DNA of 64,000 nucleotides from Azolla caroliniana (taxonomy: Eukaryota; Plantae; Polypodiophyta): positions 15,872,001 through 15,936,000 of the forward strand of contig JBHGNT010000008.1 in the NCBI GenBank assembly GCA_043228905.1, in the 5' to 3' direction. The translations under genes were made by a program, and so were the position numbers. Shown piece by piece: positions 37,720 through 47,943 of this stretch (positions are counted from its first letter, which is position 1; each line of letters begins with the position of its first letter). A model generated the notes under the pieces. It did not search any database and had not been told where the DNA came from. It saw only the letters and a program-made list of their open reading frames with translations.

Positions 37720-38560
37720 TATGCACGGTGGTGTGCAAGGTCGCATGAACGTTTTCGAACGTCCGCGCGTGTGCAAGTACTGGGCGTACGCGTGCACAGT
37801 TGCGTGGATGTTTCGGACGGATGTGTGTGTGCGGACGAGATAGCAGTGCAGTCGCGATGCATGTGTGCGGGTGCGTACAACACGCGTGTGCAAGGCCGCG
37901 TGAACGTTTTCGAACGTCCGCGCGTGTGCAAGTACTGGGCGTACGTGTGCACGGTCGCATGAACGTTTTCGAACGTTCGCACGTGTGCAAGTACTGGGCG
38001 TACGCGTGCACGGTCGCATGAACGTTTTCGAATGTCCGCGTGTGTGCAAGTACTGGGCGTACGCGTGCACGGTTGCGTGGATGTTTCAGACGTTCGCGCG
38101 TGTGCAAGTACTGGGCGTACGCGTGCACAGTCGCATGAACGTTTTCGAATGTCCGCGTGTGTGCAAGTACTCGGCGTACGCGTGCACGGTTGCGTGGATG
38201 TTTCGGACGGATGTGAGTGTGCGGACGAGATAGCAGTGCAGTTGCGATGCATGTGTGCGGATGCGTACAACACGCGTGTGCAAGGCCGCGTGAACGTTTT
38301 CGGACGTACGCGCGAGTGCAAGTTCGGGGCGTACACGTGCACGATTGTGTGGACGTTCCGGACGAAAGCGTTTGCGTGGATGCGTACACGGTGCGGTCGG
38401 GATGTGCGTGTGCGGATGCGTACACGACGCTATCGGGACGCGCACTTGCGTGGATGCGTACATTGCACAATTGGGACTTTTGCGCGAGGACGCGTCTACG
38501 GTTCAGTTACGACTCACGTACGGATTGCGCACGGGCTAAAATTTATGGATGATTGGGTCA
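37720..38560 (+). repeat. ~59-bp tandem array in the G1 3' LTR
   Basis: AAGTACTGGGCGTACG recurs at ~37775, 37930, 37989, 38048, 38106 and (variant) 38165; a larger block 37790-37910 resembles 38180-38300. Confidence 0.9.
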
Positions 38561-40261
38561 TTTGGCCGAATTATACGGACGGTCGCATGCAACTAAAAGC
38601 TAAGGCCATGCAACTAAAAATGGAAGCATGCAATTAAAAGTAGAGGCCATGCAACGAAAAATAGAGGTCATGCAACTAAAAGTGGACATGTAAAGTAACA
38701 TTGGGAAGGAGGATCAACAAAGAGCTCAATATATGTCCTATTTTTTCCTTCTAGTTTTTGTTTTCTTTTTTCGACTTCTCTCTCTAATTCCTTGGGGGAA
38801 GAAATCTCTCTCATATTGATATCAGACCACTCCTTACATGGTTGTTGGCTCCTTCCTTTCAAGAATAATCTCTCTTATTCATATCGAACCACTCCTTACA
38901 TGGTTGTTGGCTCCTTCCTTTCAAGAATAATCTCTCTTATTCATATCGAACCACTCCTTACATGGCTGTTGGCTCCTTTCTTTAAAAGATTTATCTCTCA
39001 TTTTCATCTCCAACCCATTGTAACAAGATTCTGGAATTATAAAAGAATCTATTTTCTTATGCAATAAACTAACGTTTTCTCTCATCTACTCATCTTATAT
39101 GTGAATTTTGTTTGTGTTGTACGTGTTGCACTAAATCCTTCTAGTCCAGAACCCTGGCGGTTCCGCCTCGTGATCCGCACATAGTGACGGATTTTCACGA
39201 CACCGTAAAGGGTAACGGAAATGCATCCGTTATTGTGGTTACATTTAACTTTCTATTATCGACACATACTCTGATCTTCCCATTGTTTTTTGGTACAACG
39301 ACGATTGGGCTTAAACCAAGTTGCGTTTTTCACTGGTCAAATAAATTTGACTCTTAGTAATTTGTTGATTTTCTCTTTTACTTTCACAGCATAATTTGGA
39401 TTTAATCTGTACCGACGTTGTTTTAATAACTTCACATCTTTATGCAAATTGATTTGATGCTGACAAAACGCCAGATCTAATCCCTTCATATCTTCAAATG
39501 ACCATGCAAAAACATCCTTATATTGACGTAATAGGTCAGTCATCTTGGCTTTATTGGCCAACACCATTTCTTTGGCAATTAGAATTGTCTTCGGTTCGGC
39601 ATCAACGTTTGTTAAATTTAATTCTTCTAATATCGATGCCTGAACTCTTTGGGATACCTACATCTCCCTTTCTGAAGCTTCTTGTTGAAGTTGTAATTCC
39701 CTTAATGTTTTGTCACCCAGAGGGATTTGTTCTCCTTTATCATCCTCATCTATATACGGCGTGAGTGTTTGCATAATGTCGACTTCGAACAGTGGAATTA
39801 TCTTTGGATTGTCCTCAAAATATTGATCTTCTTCTGCTTCATCCAATCCTTCCAACATGTTTACTACTTCGGCATGGATTGGTAAACATTGTCGAGTCAT
39901 GTTGACCTTCTCTTGTGTCGACACCGATCTTGCTATTGCCCTTTCGGAATGTTAAGGTGTTCTTGTTCCAATTCTGTTTGATATTAGTAGTCTTTAGCCA
40001 AGGTCGACCTAATAACAATGGATATGCACCGGGTGCATCCAGATGAAGCACTACTGCCGAAATTTGGAAAATGTGGCCTTCTATAATGACATCAATTGTC
40101 GGATTAGACCTAGTGGTCATACCGTACTCGTGTCAACTATTCTTAGCTAGAATGGACAGGCATCCCATTTGGTAATACCCAGTTGATCACATGTGAGCTT
40201 ATTAATCACATTAACTCCTGATCTGTCATCGACAATACTGCCTGTGACTTCCTAGCCACAG

Positions 40262-43200
40262 TGTAAAAGAATACGTGCGGAAGCTTAACAGACACAACCG
40301 GGTAACAACAAACAAAAGAGAAGAGACAAGGAAGGTTTAACGGAAAGCTTAATCAACACAGTGTACGCGGGAGAGACAAAGAGAGCAGAACATAGAAAAC
40401 TCTATTCCAAAACAATACTCTAAAACTCTGTATATAGGATGTGCTCAGAGAGCACTTTTATACAAGTTCATACGGAGTGACAGAAGTATTGACACGTACT
40501 TCAATGCTCATTAGTGAGCCCCTACACTAACTCCCAAAATATATTCCTCCGCGGAGTATCTATCCAACGGCCTCCCGGTTTATACACCGCTACGGCCTCT
40601 CGTTACGCACCCAGTCTACGCACCCAATGTTGAGCTTGTATCTCAACATTGCCCCTCAAGCTCAACTTGAGGTTCTGGCTGCTCTTCCAGATCTTCGTTC
40701 CAGCTTGTCCTAGCTTCACGCCTCACTCACGTTCCTCGACCCATTCGATTCCACGCGGCTCGACCCTTTCGGTCGGCTTGTCTACTCATGATGCCTTTCT
40801 CAATTCCCTTGATGTCGCGGTGTTGGCGCCTCTCCCACTTCCCTTTCCTCCACTTGGCCTTCAGTTGATTCATCGTCTCCGAATCGGCTGTCTCTGTTTC
40901 GTTTCCGCTCTTGCCCAAATTGGCGGTCTCCAATTCATCTTCTATCTTCAGGCCCTTAACCACCTTAGACCATGTCTTGGTCTTGGCCTTCTCGTCCTTC
41001 TTGGCTTCATCTCCCCCTTGTTCGGCGGACTCCGGCTCTTCCCTTCGGTTGATGCCCTTGTTTATGCTTTCGGCTTCTTCAGCCAACCCGAAATCGAATT
41101 CTTCATCCGACTCGGCTTCGCGGTCATTTCCGCTCCTTTCCTGCTCCCTTTCCTTGTCTTTTCTCCCCCTCAAGTTCGGCATGTTGAGGTGCCGTAAACC
41201 AAGCACACCTGAGAATTGAAGCAACTTGTCGAGACCAAGGGGCTTGGTGAAGATGTCAACAGTCTGCAGATCCGTCAAAACATATTCTAGTTCGACTTCA
41301 TCGGAGAGGACACGTTCATAGACAAAATGGTAGTGCACCTCAATGTGGTTGGTTCAGGCATGGAAGACTGGGTTCTTCACAAGTTGGATGTTGCTGAGGT
41401 TGTCACAATAGATCGTTGTTGGATCAAACACCTCCACCTGCAGATCCTTGAGTAGCCTCTTGAGCCAGATGACTTCACACGCAGCAACAACCACTCCTCA
41501 ATACTCGACATCCGTGCTCGATAGTGCCACTATCGGCTACTTTTTACTGCTCTATGCGATTGCCACAATTCCCAATGAAAATGCATATCCAGATGTGGAT
41601 CTACGATCGCCGCCATTTGCGGGCCAATCATCATCCGTGTAACCAACTAACTACTCGGCCACTCCTTAGTGCCACGAATGTAGTGCAATATCCTTTGCGT
41701 GCACTGAAGGTGTTTGGCTGTGGGCTGTGACATAAATTGACTGATCAGGCCAACTGGGTAGCTGAGATCCGGCCGAGTGATTGTAAAATTAATTAGGCTT
41801 CCAACAATTTGTCGGAATTGTGTCAGGTCACACGTCTTTCCCGAATCTCGGTGAAGCTTTATGTTTCTTTCTAGAGGAGTTGAGATGGACTTACAATCTA
41901 CCATCCCAAACTTGAAGAGCATAATTAGCACGTAATGTCGTATGCTGATCAATATGCCTTCGGGGGTGCGGATCACTTCGATCCCTAGGAAGTAATGAAG
42001 GTCTCCTAGATCCTTCATGTCGAATGGTGCCGTGAGCTGGAACTTTATGCGGTCGATTAAGTCTAGGTCAACGCCTGCGATGACTAAATCATCAACATAA
42101 AGTAAAATACTAACCGATCCATGTCTACCTTGCCGAGCGAACAATGAAGAGTCTGATTTGGAAGTCGCAAACCCCATCCAACGTAGGCGTTGCGTGATCT
42201 TCGCGTTCCACGCGCGCGGGGCTTGTTTTAGTCCATAGAGTTGTTCTTTCCGAACTAAAATCTGGGGGGTTGTACCATGTACAACTATTCCTCAAGTTCT
42301 CCTTGCAAGAACACATTCTTTACATCCATTTGATGTAAATGCCACTCCTTTACCGTGGCTACCACAAATAGAACACGAACGATTGTCATCTTCGCGACAG
42401 GAACAAAGGTCTCATCATAGTCGATGTCGTGTTGATGTGTGCATCCCTTCGCCACTAATCGGGCCTTGTAGCGGTTAATAGAGTTGTTGGTGTTGTACTT
42501 GACCTTGTACACCCACCTACATCCAATTAGCTTTACATCCTTCGGGGCGTCAGCCAAGTCCCAAGTTTCATTTTCCACTAATGCGTGCATCTCTTCCTCC
42601 ATTGCGGCATGCCAATTTGCGTCCTTCGTCGCTTCTACGTAGCTCTCCGGCTCACGTACTTCTACCACTCGCATCATGTACGCATAATGATGTGCCATGT
42701 ACTCGTTGTATTCGAACCGCACCACAGGGTTCTTTTGGTGGATAGATCGGCATAATTTCTCATTAGCCGATTTTGAGGCCCTCTTGGCCGACACAGACTT
42801 CATTTTCGAAGGTCCGTCTTCGTTCTTCTCGGAGTCAGATTGTCTTTGATCCAACTCGTCTTTATCAGTGCGGTACTCCGACATTTTCTGCTTTCCCTTC
42901 TCTTTGTGTGTAAACTGTCTCCTTGGCTTCCTGTGCGGAGAATGCACGGTCGAGTCTCCACTACTCGCCGGCTCTGCGTCTGATTAGTCATGCCGACTCA
43001 GTTGCTCATTCGGCCCACTTAGCTTGAATGAGATCAGACTCTCTTTAAGAGCTCCGATGTCTCCTTCATCCCGAGGCATTTCAGGCTTGCTAACCTCTTC
43101 GTCAAAGATTGGAATAGAGTCGTCAGGGGTTGGAGGCGAAGGCAAGTACCACGACGCGGACTCGTCGAACACAATATCACGACTTATGCGAGATTGTTTG

Positions 43201-43532
43201 GTTCGGGGATTATAACACTTATAACCCTTCTGTTCATCTAAGTAGCCAACCAATATACACTTCTCGGCTTTGGCATCCTGATTCCTTCGTTTCTCCTTAG
43301 GCACATGCACATACGTGATGCTACCGAAAACCCTCAAGTGCGCCAAGTTCGGCTTCTTCTTGAAGTACAACTCATGTGGCGACACTCCTCCATTGGCAGA
43401 TGCCCAATTCTGAAGGTAGATGACTGTTCTAACCGCTTTGGCCCAATAGAACTTCGGCAGATGCTTCTCTTCAAGCATCGCCCTTGTCGCCTCTTCTATC
43501 ATCCGATTCTTCCTCTCAGCCACGCCATTCTA
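40262..43532 (-). mobile_element. 5'-truncated Ty1/Copia (family A): integrase C-terminus, RT, RNase H and 3' LTR 40262-40648
   Basis: AERKNR, LRVFGS, EPESYVEA, LLYVDDL and HYHFVYE motifs. LTR TGTTGAGA..TTTTACA on the minus strand, preceded by a PPT. Confidence 0.92.
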
Positions 43533-45237
43533 TTGTGGCAATCACCTCATGGGTAGCGATACCATGGGAGAACGAGATGAGCCGAGAAGAATTATTAGCG
43601 ACACGGATAAGGCAACTTGAAAGGAGACCTGAAGATCTAGAAAAAGCGCGAAAGATGATGGAGGCAACCCGAGTGAAGAACAAAATTCGGTTCGACAAGA
43701 CACATCGACTGCGTCCCAAGAAGATCGAAGAAGGAGATTGGGTAGTGGTCTACGACATTAGCCTTGACAATCAACACAGTACAACAAGAAAGTTCGCAAG
43801 AAGATGGTTCAGACCGTATGTAGTGATAAGTGCTAATGACAATGCCACATACCACCTTGCGGAGCTAGATGGATCAAGGTTGGCCATACCCATTGTAGGA
43901 AAAAGAGTAAAGATTTTCAAGAAAAGGCAAGACCAGGATCCTGACCTTGATCACCTCGACGATAAAGATAGTAGGATGGAACCTACAAACTTGAGTTATG
44001 TACACAAGGAAATGGAGGAATCTGATTGATCACCGTAGCCAAAATCTCACACTCTCTCTTCTTGGCACGTACCGGAGGACGTGCAGTTTGGTGGGGGTGG
44101 ATGTCATAAAGATTTTCGCCAACGGTGTGAAAATTGAATGGAATGTACAAAATCGAGTGTGGTTCTTCACACACAACATAAAATAGTGAAGATACTATTT
44201 TATACTAGTTTAATATCTTGGTACAAAAAGATGGAGGTCCTCAAGAGCTTCCGAATGTACTTTACTACATTTGAAACAGACAACTAAATGTCAAGTTATG
44301 TGAATGTGAAGTTTGAGAAGAAGAAGAGAAAAACTAAATTGTGAGATATCCCACATAGATATGACAACATCAGGAATCAAGAGTATATAAGTAGAGCCAT
44401 ATCTCTTTATATTTCATCTATGTGTTAAGAGCACAAAAAGCTTGGGTTGTATAACTTGGATGAGTGAATGCGGCTAAGCTATTCAAATAGTGTTTTGGAC
44501 GGAGCCAGAACCGAATGGACAACGACGGAATTGGAGCCAGAACCAGACGGACAGCGATGGAACCGGGACCGAGACCGGATGGTGACGGAGCCGGCGAGAC
44601 GATGAGACGACCATGGACAGGATTGGATTGAACCGGTCGGGACAGACGAATCGGTCGGTTGATCGCGGTGCATGGTGTTTTGAAGATTTCCGGTGTAAAT
44701 ACAAGACCAAAAGCCTAGTAGTATTTTGTGATTGGAAAGGGATGTGAACAAGGCTTGAACCTTGCACCTCCAAGTTGAAAGTCAATGGGCTTACCACTAA
44801 GCCAAGTCATATCTTCAAAAGCTTTATTTTGATCATTTTATATGTAAATTCTGATATATGAGAGCTTGAATGAGTGACATGGTTATCATGTAACACATGT
44901 AATACATGCATGTCAAATGGCAAACATGCATCTCATGCATGTCTTGCACCCTCACATGCATCATATGCATGGGGGCATCTATAAAAGAGTGGATGGAGAG
45001 AGAAAATGGGGTATGAATCAAGAAATTAAGAGGAAGAAAATTCGTTATCCCATTTTTGTGATGTATTAATCTTGTCTCTCAATCTAAAGTCAAGCGTTCT
45101 ATCTTATCTCAATCTCTCTCTTTCAATCTATCTTAAATACTTTCTCACTAAAGCTAGTGCTAACTTCGAATCCTTCCAGTTCAGAACCCCGGCGGTTCCG
45201 CCTCACGATCCGCACGTAGTGATAGATCTTCACGACA
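43533..45237 (+). mobile_element. Gypsy family G element G2: integrase C-terminus, PPT and 3' LTR 44102-45237
   Basis: SREELLATRIRQLERRPED..KFARRWFRPY is homologous to the G1 integrase. PPT TTGGTGGGGGTGGA; the LTR ends GAACCCCGGCGGTTCCGCC..CACGACA like G1. Confidence 0.88.
44741..44813 (-). other. 73-nt tRNA-like cloverleaf (Pol III A/B boxes), antisense inside the G2 LTR
   Basis: rc reads GATATGA-CTT-GGCT-TAGTGGTA-AGCC-CATTGA-CTTTCAA-CTTGG-AGGTG-CAAGG-TTCAAG-CCTTG-T-TCACATC. Acceptor 6/7 bp, D stem 4/4, T stem 5/5, A box TGGCTTAGTGG. The anticodon stem is broken, so this is not a functional tRNA. Confidence 0.7.
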
Positions 45238-45240
45238 ACG

Positions 45241-45895
45241 TCAAATTTGAAGCTTATTCAGCTTCAATTGGCTACAACAATTAAGTGGGCAATGCGGACT
45301 GGCCTGTCTAAATGTTGCTTAACTTGATGAGGCACGAATGAGACTTGTTTGAAGTAGGTTCCACTTCAAGTGGCCACGATCACAGGAACAAGGTATTGCC
45401 AACTGCCTTACTTGGGGGGTGATCTAGCTCAGTGGAGTGTGAACCAACTAGCGTATTTCTTCTCTTCTCTTGATGGTAGTCGAACTTAGGATCTTCAAGA
45501 AGACATGGACAAAGATGCTATTGAAGACATATGACAGCCGGCGGCGAGTTGCAAAACCTGGCTCTGGTACCAAATGTTGGAGTCTTAGACCATCAATGTT
45601 GAAACAATAACAACACATCTATGTTAAGAAGATCACCAAGTTAACAAGTTAAAGCAAGATCAAGGAGACAGAGTGAGAGAGAGAGAGACAGTGAGCCACA
45701 CAATGTAACAGTCTTATTCCAAAAGTTACAATACAAGAATGACACTATCAACATCTACATCAACTAAGTTACAAAACCAATTATATACTAACTAAGCTAG
45801 GGCAACTATCCTTTGACATATTTACATTATTTTCCTAAACCTAGTATGTCCAAAAGGACAGTGTGAATACGACCATCATACACCCATATTCGACA
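45241..45895 (-). mobile_element. Copia C1-family 5' LTR (45575-45895), PBS and gag 5' remnant
   Basis: Homologous to the LTR at 11462-11780; PBS rc TGGTACCAGAGC at 45561-45572. Confidence 0.85.
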
Positions 45896-47519
45896 GGTGT
45901 TGTAGACGAGGATGTTGCAAAAATGTCAGCCTAACATGTAAGTTAGAATCAAATTCTTGAAATTATGTTAATAGGGTTTATATGGTTACCCTACACAAAA
46001 GCAATAAAGCTTTGATTAGAATTTGATTCTAGAAATTATGTTATTAGGGTTCCATTCCTAAAATGATGTATTATGGTCCAATTTGTAGAGTAGTTTAACA
46101 CAAAAATTATATTAAATGTGCTAACAGGCTCCATGTTTCTTACACCGATCACAACTTTGAGGAGTAAAATGAGTGAGACCACATTATTAGTTTGTTTAAA
46201 ATAAGAAAGAGAGGCGAGAGATTAATTGGTGGTTGTCTTGGATGTAAGAATGAATTATGGGCATTTTTACCCCACATAGAAGCAATAAAGCTCTTATTAG
46301 AATCCAATTCTAGAAATTATGTTATTAGAGATTATATGGTTCCCGCACACAAAAGGAATAAAGCTCTGATTAGAATCAAATTCTTGGTTGACATGGTTAA
46401 TGGTTATTGATTCCCTTATAACTAGTTACAATCTAATTCTAGAAATATGCTCGTTAACCACCATATGATTAACAAACACATTCCCTTTTACTCTGGTTGG
46501 AATCATGTTATGGGAATATGTAGATGTATTACACATGTCTAGCTTAATTAACTTGTAATGATGTTTGGATTCAGGTGGTTAGTTACTCCCTATCCTAGGG
46601 TGTTGAACTCTCAGAAGTTTTGTGAGACAAAGGATGATTTCAACCACATATATGGTCTGTCACTTGAGCCTATTGACCTTGCATTGTAACAAACAAGATA
46701 ATTACTGATGAAGAATGGTTCTCAAACTACAAAGTAACCAGGGTAAAAGGGAAGGGAAAATGATGCAACTATTGACTCTTAGCAAACATTGAAGGAGAGA
46801 CCATATAGACACAATAAAAATCCCAATGTTGATGATGCAGGGGAGACATTGCTTCAGCCAATAATGAAATGTCAATGAAACCCATGTCAAGATGTTGGAA
46901 GTAGGAAAGGTTGGCCTAGAGAAAGCAACATTGGTTGCTATCATGGAAAGCAAGGTCAACATGACACTCACATCAATGATTTTTGTTGCTTTGTGAGTGT
47001 GATTATGCTCGTTTTTGTTGACGCTGCAAAGACTAAAGGGCATGAATCACTTGCAACAAAGTCCGACGTTAGTGTGGAAACTTCTGATGTCACTACTTGT
47101 TCTAAGGGCCTATTTTGAGAGTAGATGTATCAACTGACACAGATGCTCTGGTCAATCAAGTAGATGAAGCATGTGGCGCAACTGGTCTAATTTTGCATGT
47201 AGATGTGGCAATTGATATGGTTATCCTCATCCCAACCAAAGAAGTAGCAACAAGCACGGAGGTAGAGAGTCTATGGTGTAAGACAAATGTTGCAACTCAA
47301 ACACAATACCAACAAACAAAATGTTTGGAGACCTCGAGTGTGTAGGAGCAAATAAGGGTGAATCCAAACCTAAAGATATGACAATAGAGCAGGGGTGTGA
47401 AGAGGAAGAGGACACTAGTGTTCCCATGTGAACCCGAGTTGATTGAAATAGATTGCATGCTACCAATGTTTGGTGTAACTAAATACGAGTTTCATGAATG
47501 GAAGTTGAAACCACTAAAA

Positions 47520-47943
47520 GACAAAAGGAGATCTTTGATTTTGAAGCTTGATAAACTCCTTGTGAATATGTGATTGTTGAAGCCAAGGGAGGACGTGAAT
47601 CAATTTTTGACATGGATTATGCAATGGTTTGATTTGTTTATTTGGAGCGATAAACCACATAATGAAGTCTGGAAGTGTGTGGATAGAATCTTCCCAAAGT
47701 GGCCACCTCAATTTAAGTGTCAATGGACAAGGGAAAACTGTGAAGAGGACTATGTAAGGGTCAAAAGCTTTGACAAATTTTGGTATGTGTGGCCAAATTA
47801 TACTGAAGACACTACCTTAATGGTCGATACACAACATTTTCAGCAATATCTCAACCTTCACAACTGTTGTCTTACCGTGCCAGAAGATATAGCAGACAAG
47901 TACTTGGTGGAAACTGTTAGTAACCAACTTCAACCATGGTTAT
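47520..47943 (+). pseudogene. FCP1/NIF (HAD-family CTD-phosphatase-like) domain relic
   Basis: SLILKLDKLLVN (degenerate LVLDLD motif) ... KPREDVNQFL..FDLFIWS..WTRENC..VKSFDKFW..YTEDTTLMVD. Cut by the LTR at 47944. Confidence 0.55.

Larger units (their letters stand above)
30450..39202 (+). mobile_element. Full-length Ty3/Gypsy element G1 (tentatively Phygy/Selgy-like); LTRs 30450-31636 and 37391-39202
   Basis: TG..CA LTRs; 4-bp TSD CCGT (30446-30449 / 39203-39206); PBS at 31645-31659; PPT GGTGGGGGTGAA. Domain order gag (CVWCDSFDHSRREC) - PR (LIDHGSE) - RT (FLDD) - RH - INT. Confidence 0.95.
27190..40255 (-). mobile_element. Degraded non-chromovirus Gypsy (Athila/Tat-like): protease and RT start 39207-40255, RT/RH/integrase ~28250-30449, extra 3' ORF remnants ~27190-27910; split by G1
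   Basis: LLLGRPWL, YKDVFAWS..MKGLD, PLPFTDGVLDAV (restored across the TSD), SFLDGFSGYN, FHVFVDAS, ARWTLLL and WDQKLHSALWAY. No LTRs found. Confidence 0.85.

Noticed and set aside
37720-38560. CRISPR-like repeat array (also the 54-bp and 34-bp arrays)
   Set aside because: Head-to-tail units without unique spacers, no cas genes, and a eukaryotic LTR context.
44741-44813. Functional tRNA-Glu(TTC) gene
   Set aside because: Unpaired anticodon stem, 6-nt T loop and an extra base before the D arm; kept only as a tRNA-derived module.
11462-45895. One 34-kb Copia bounded by the two C1 LTRs
   Set aside because: The flanks GTCCA and GGTGT do not form a TSD and most of gag is missing; pairing is possible but unsupported.
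45940-46450. Degenerate repeats TTAGAATCAAATTCT(A/T)GAAATTATG
   Set aside because: Irregular AT-rich local duplications with no termini or coding signal.
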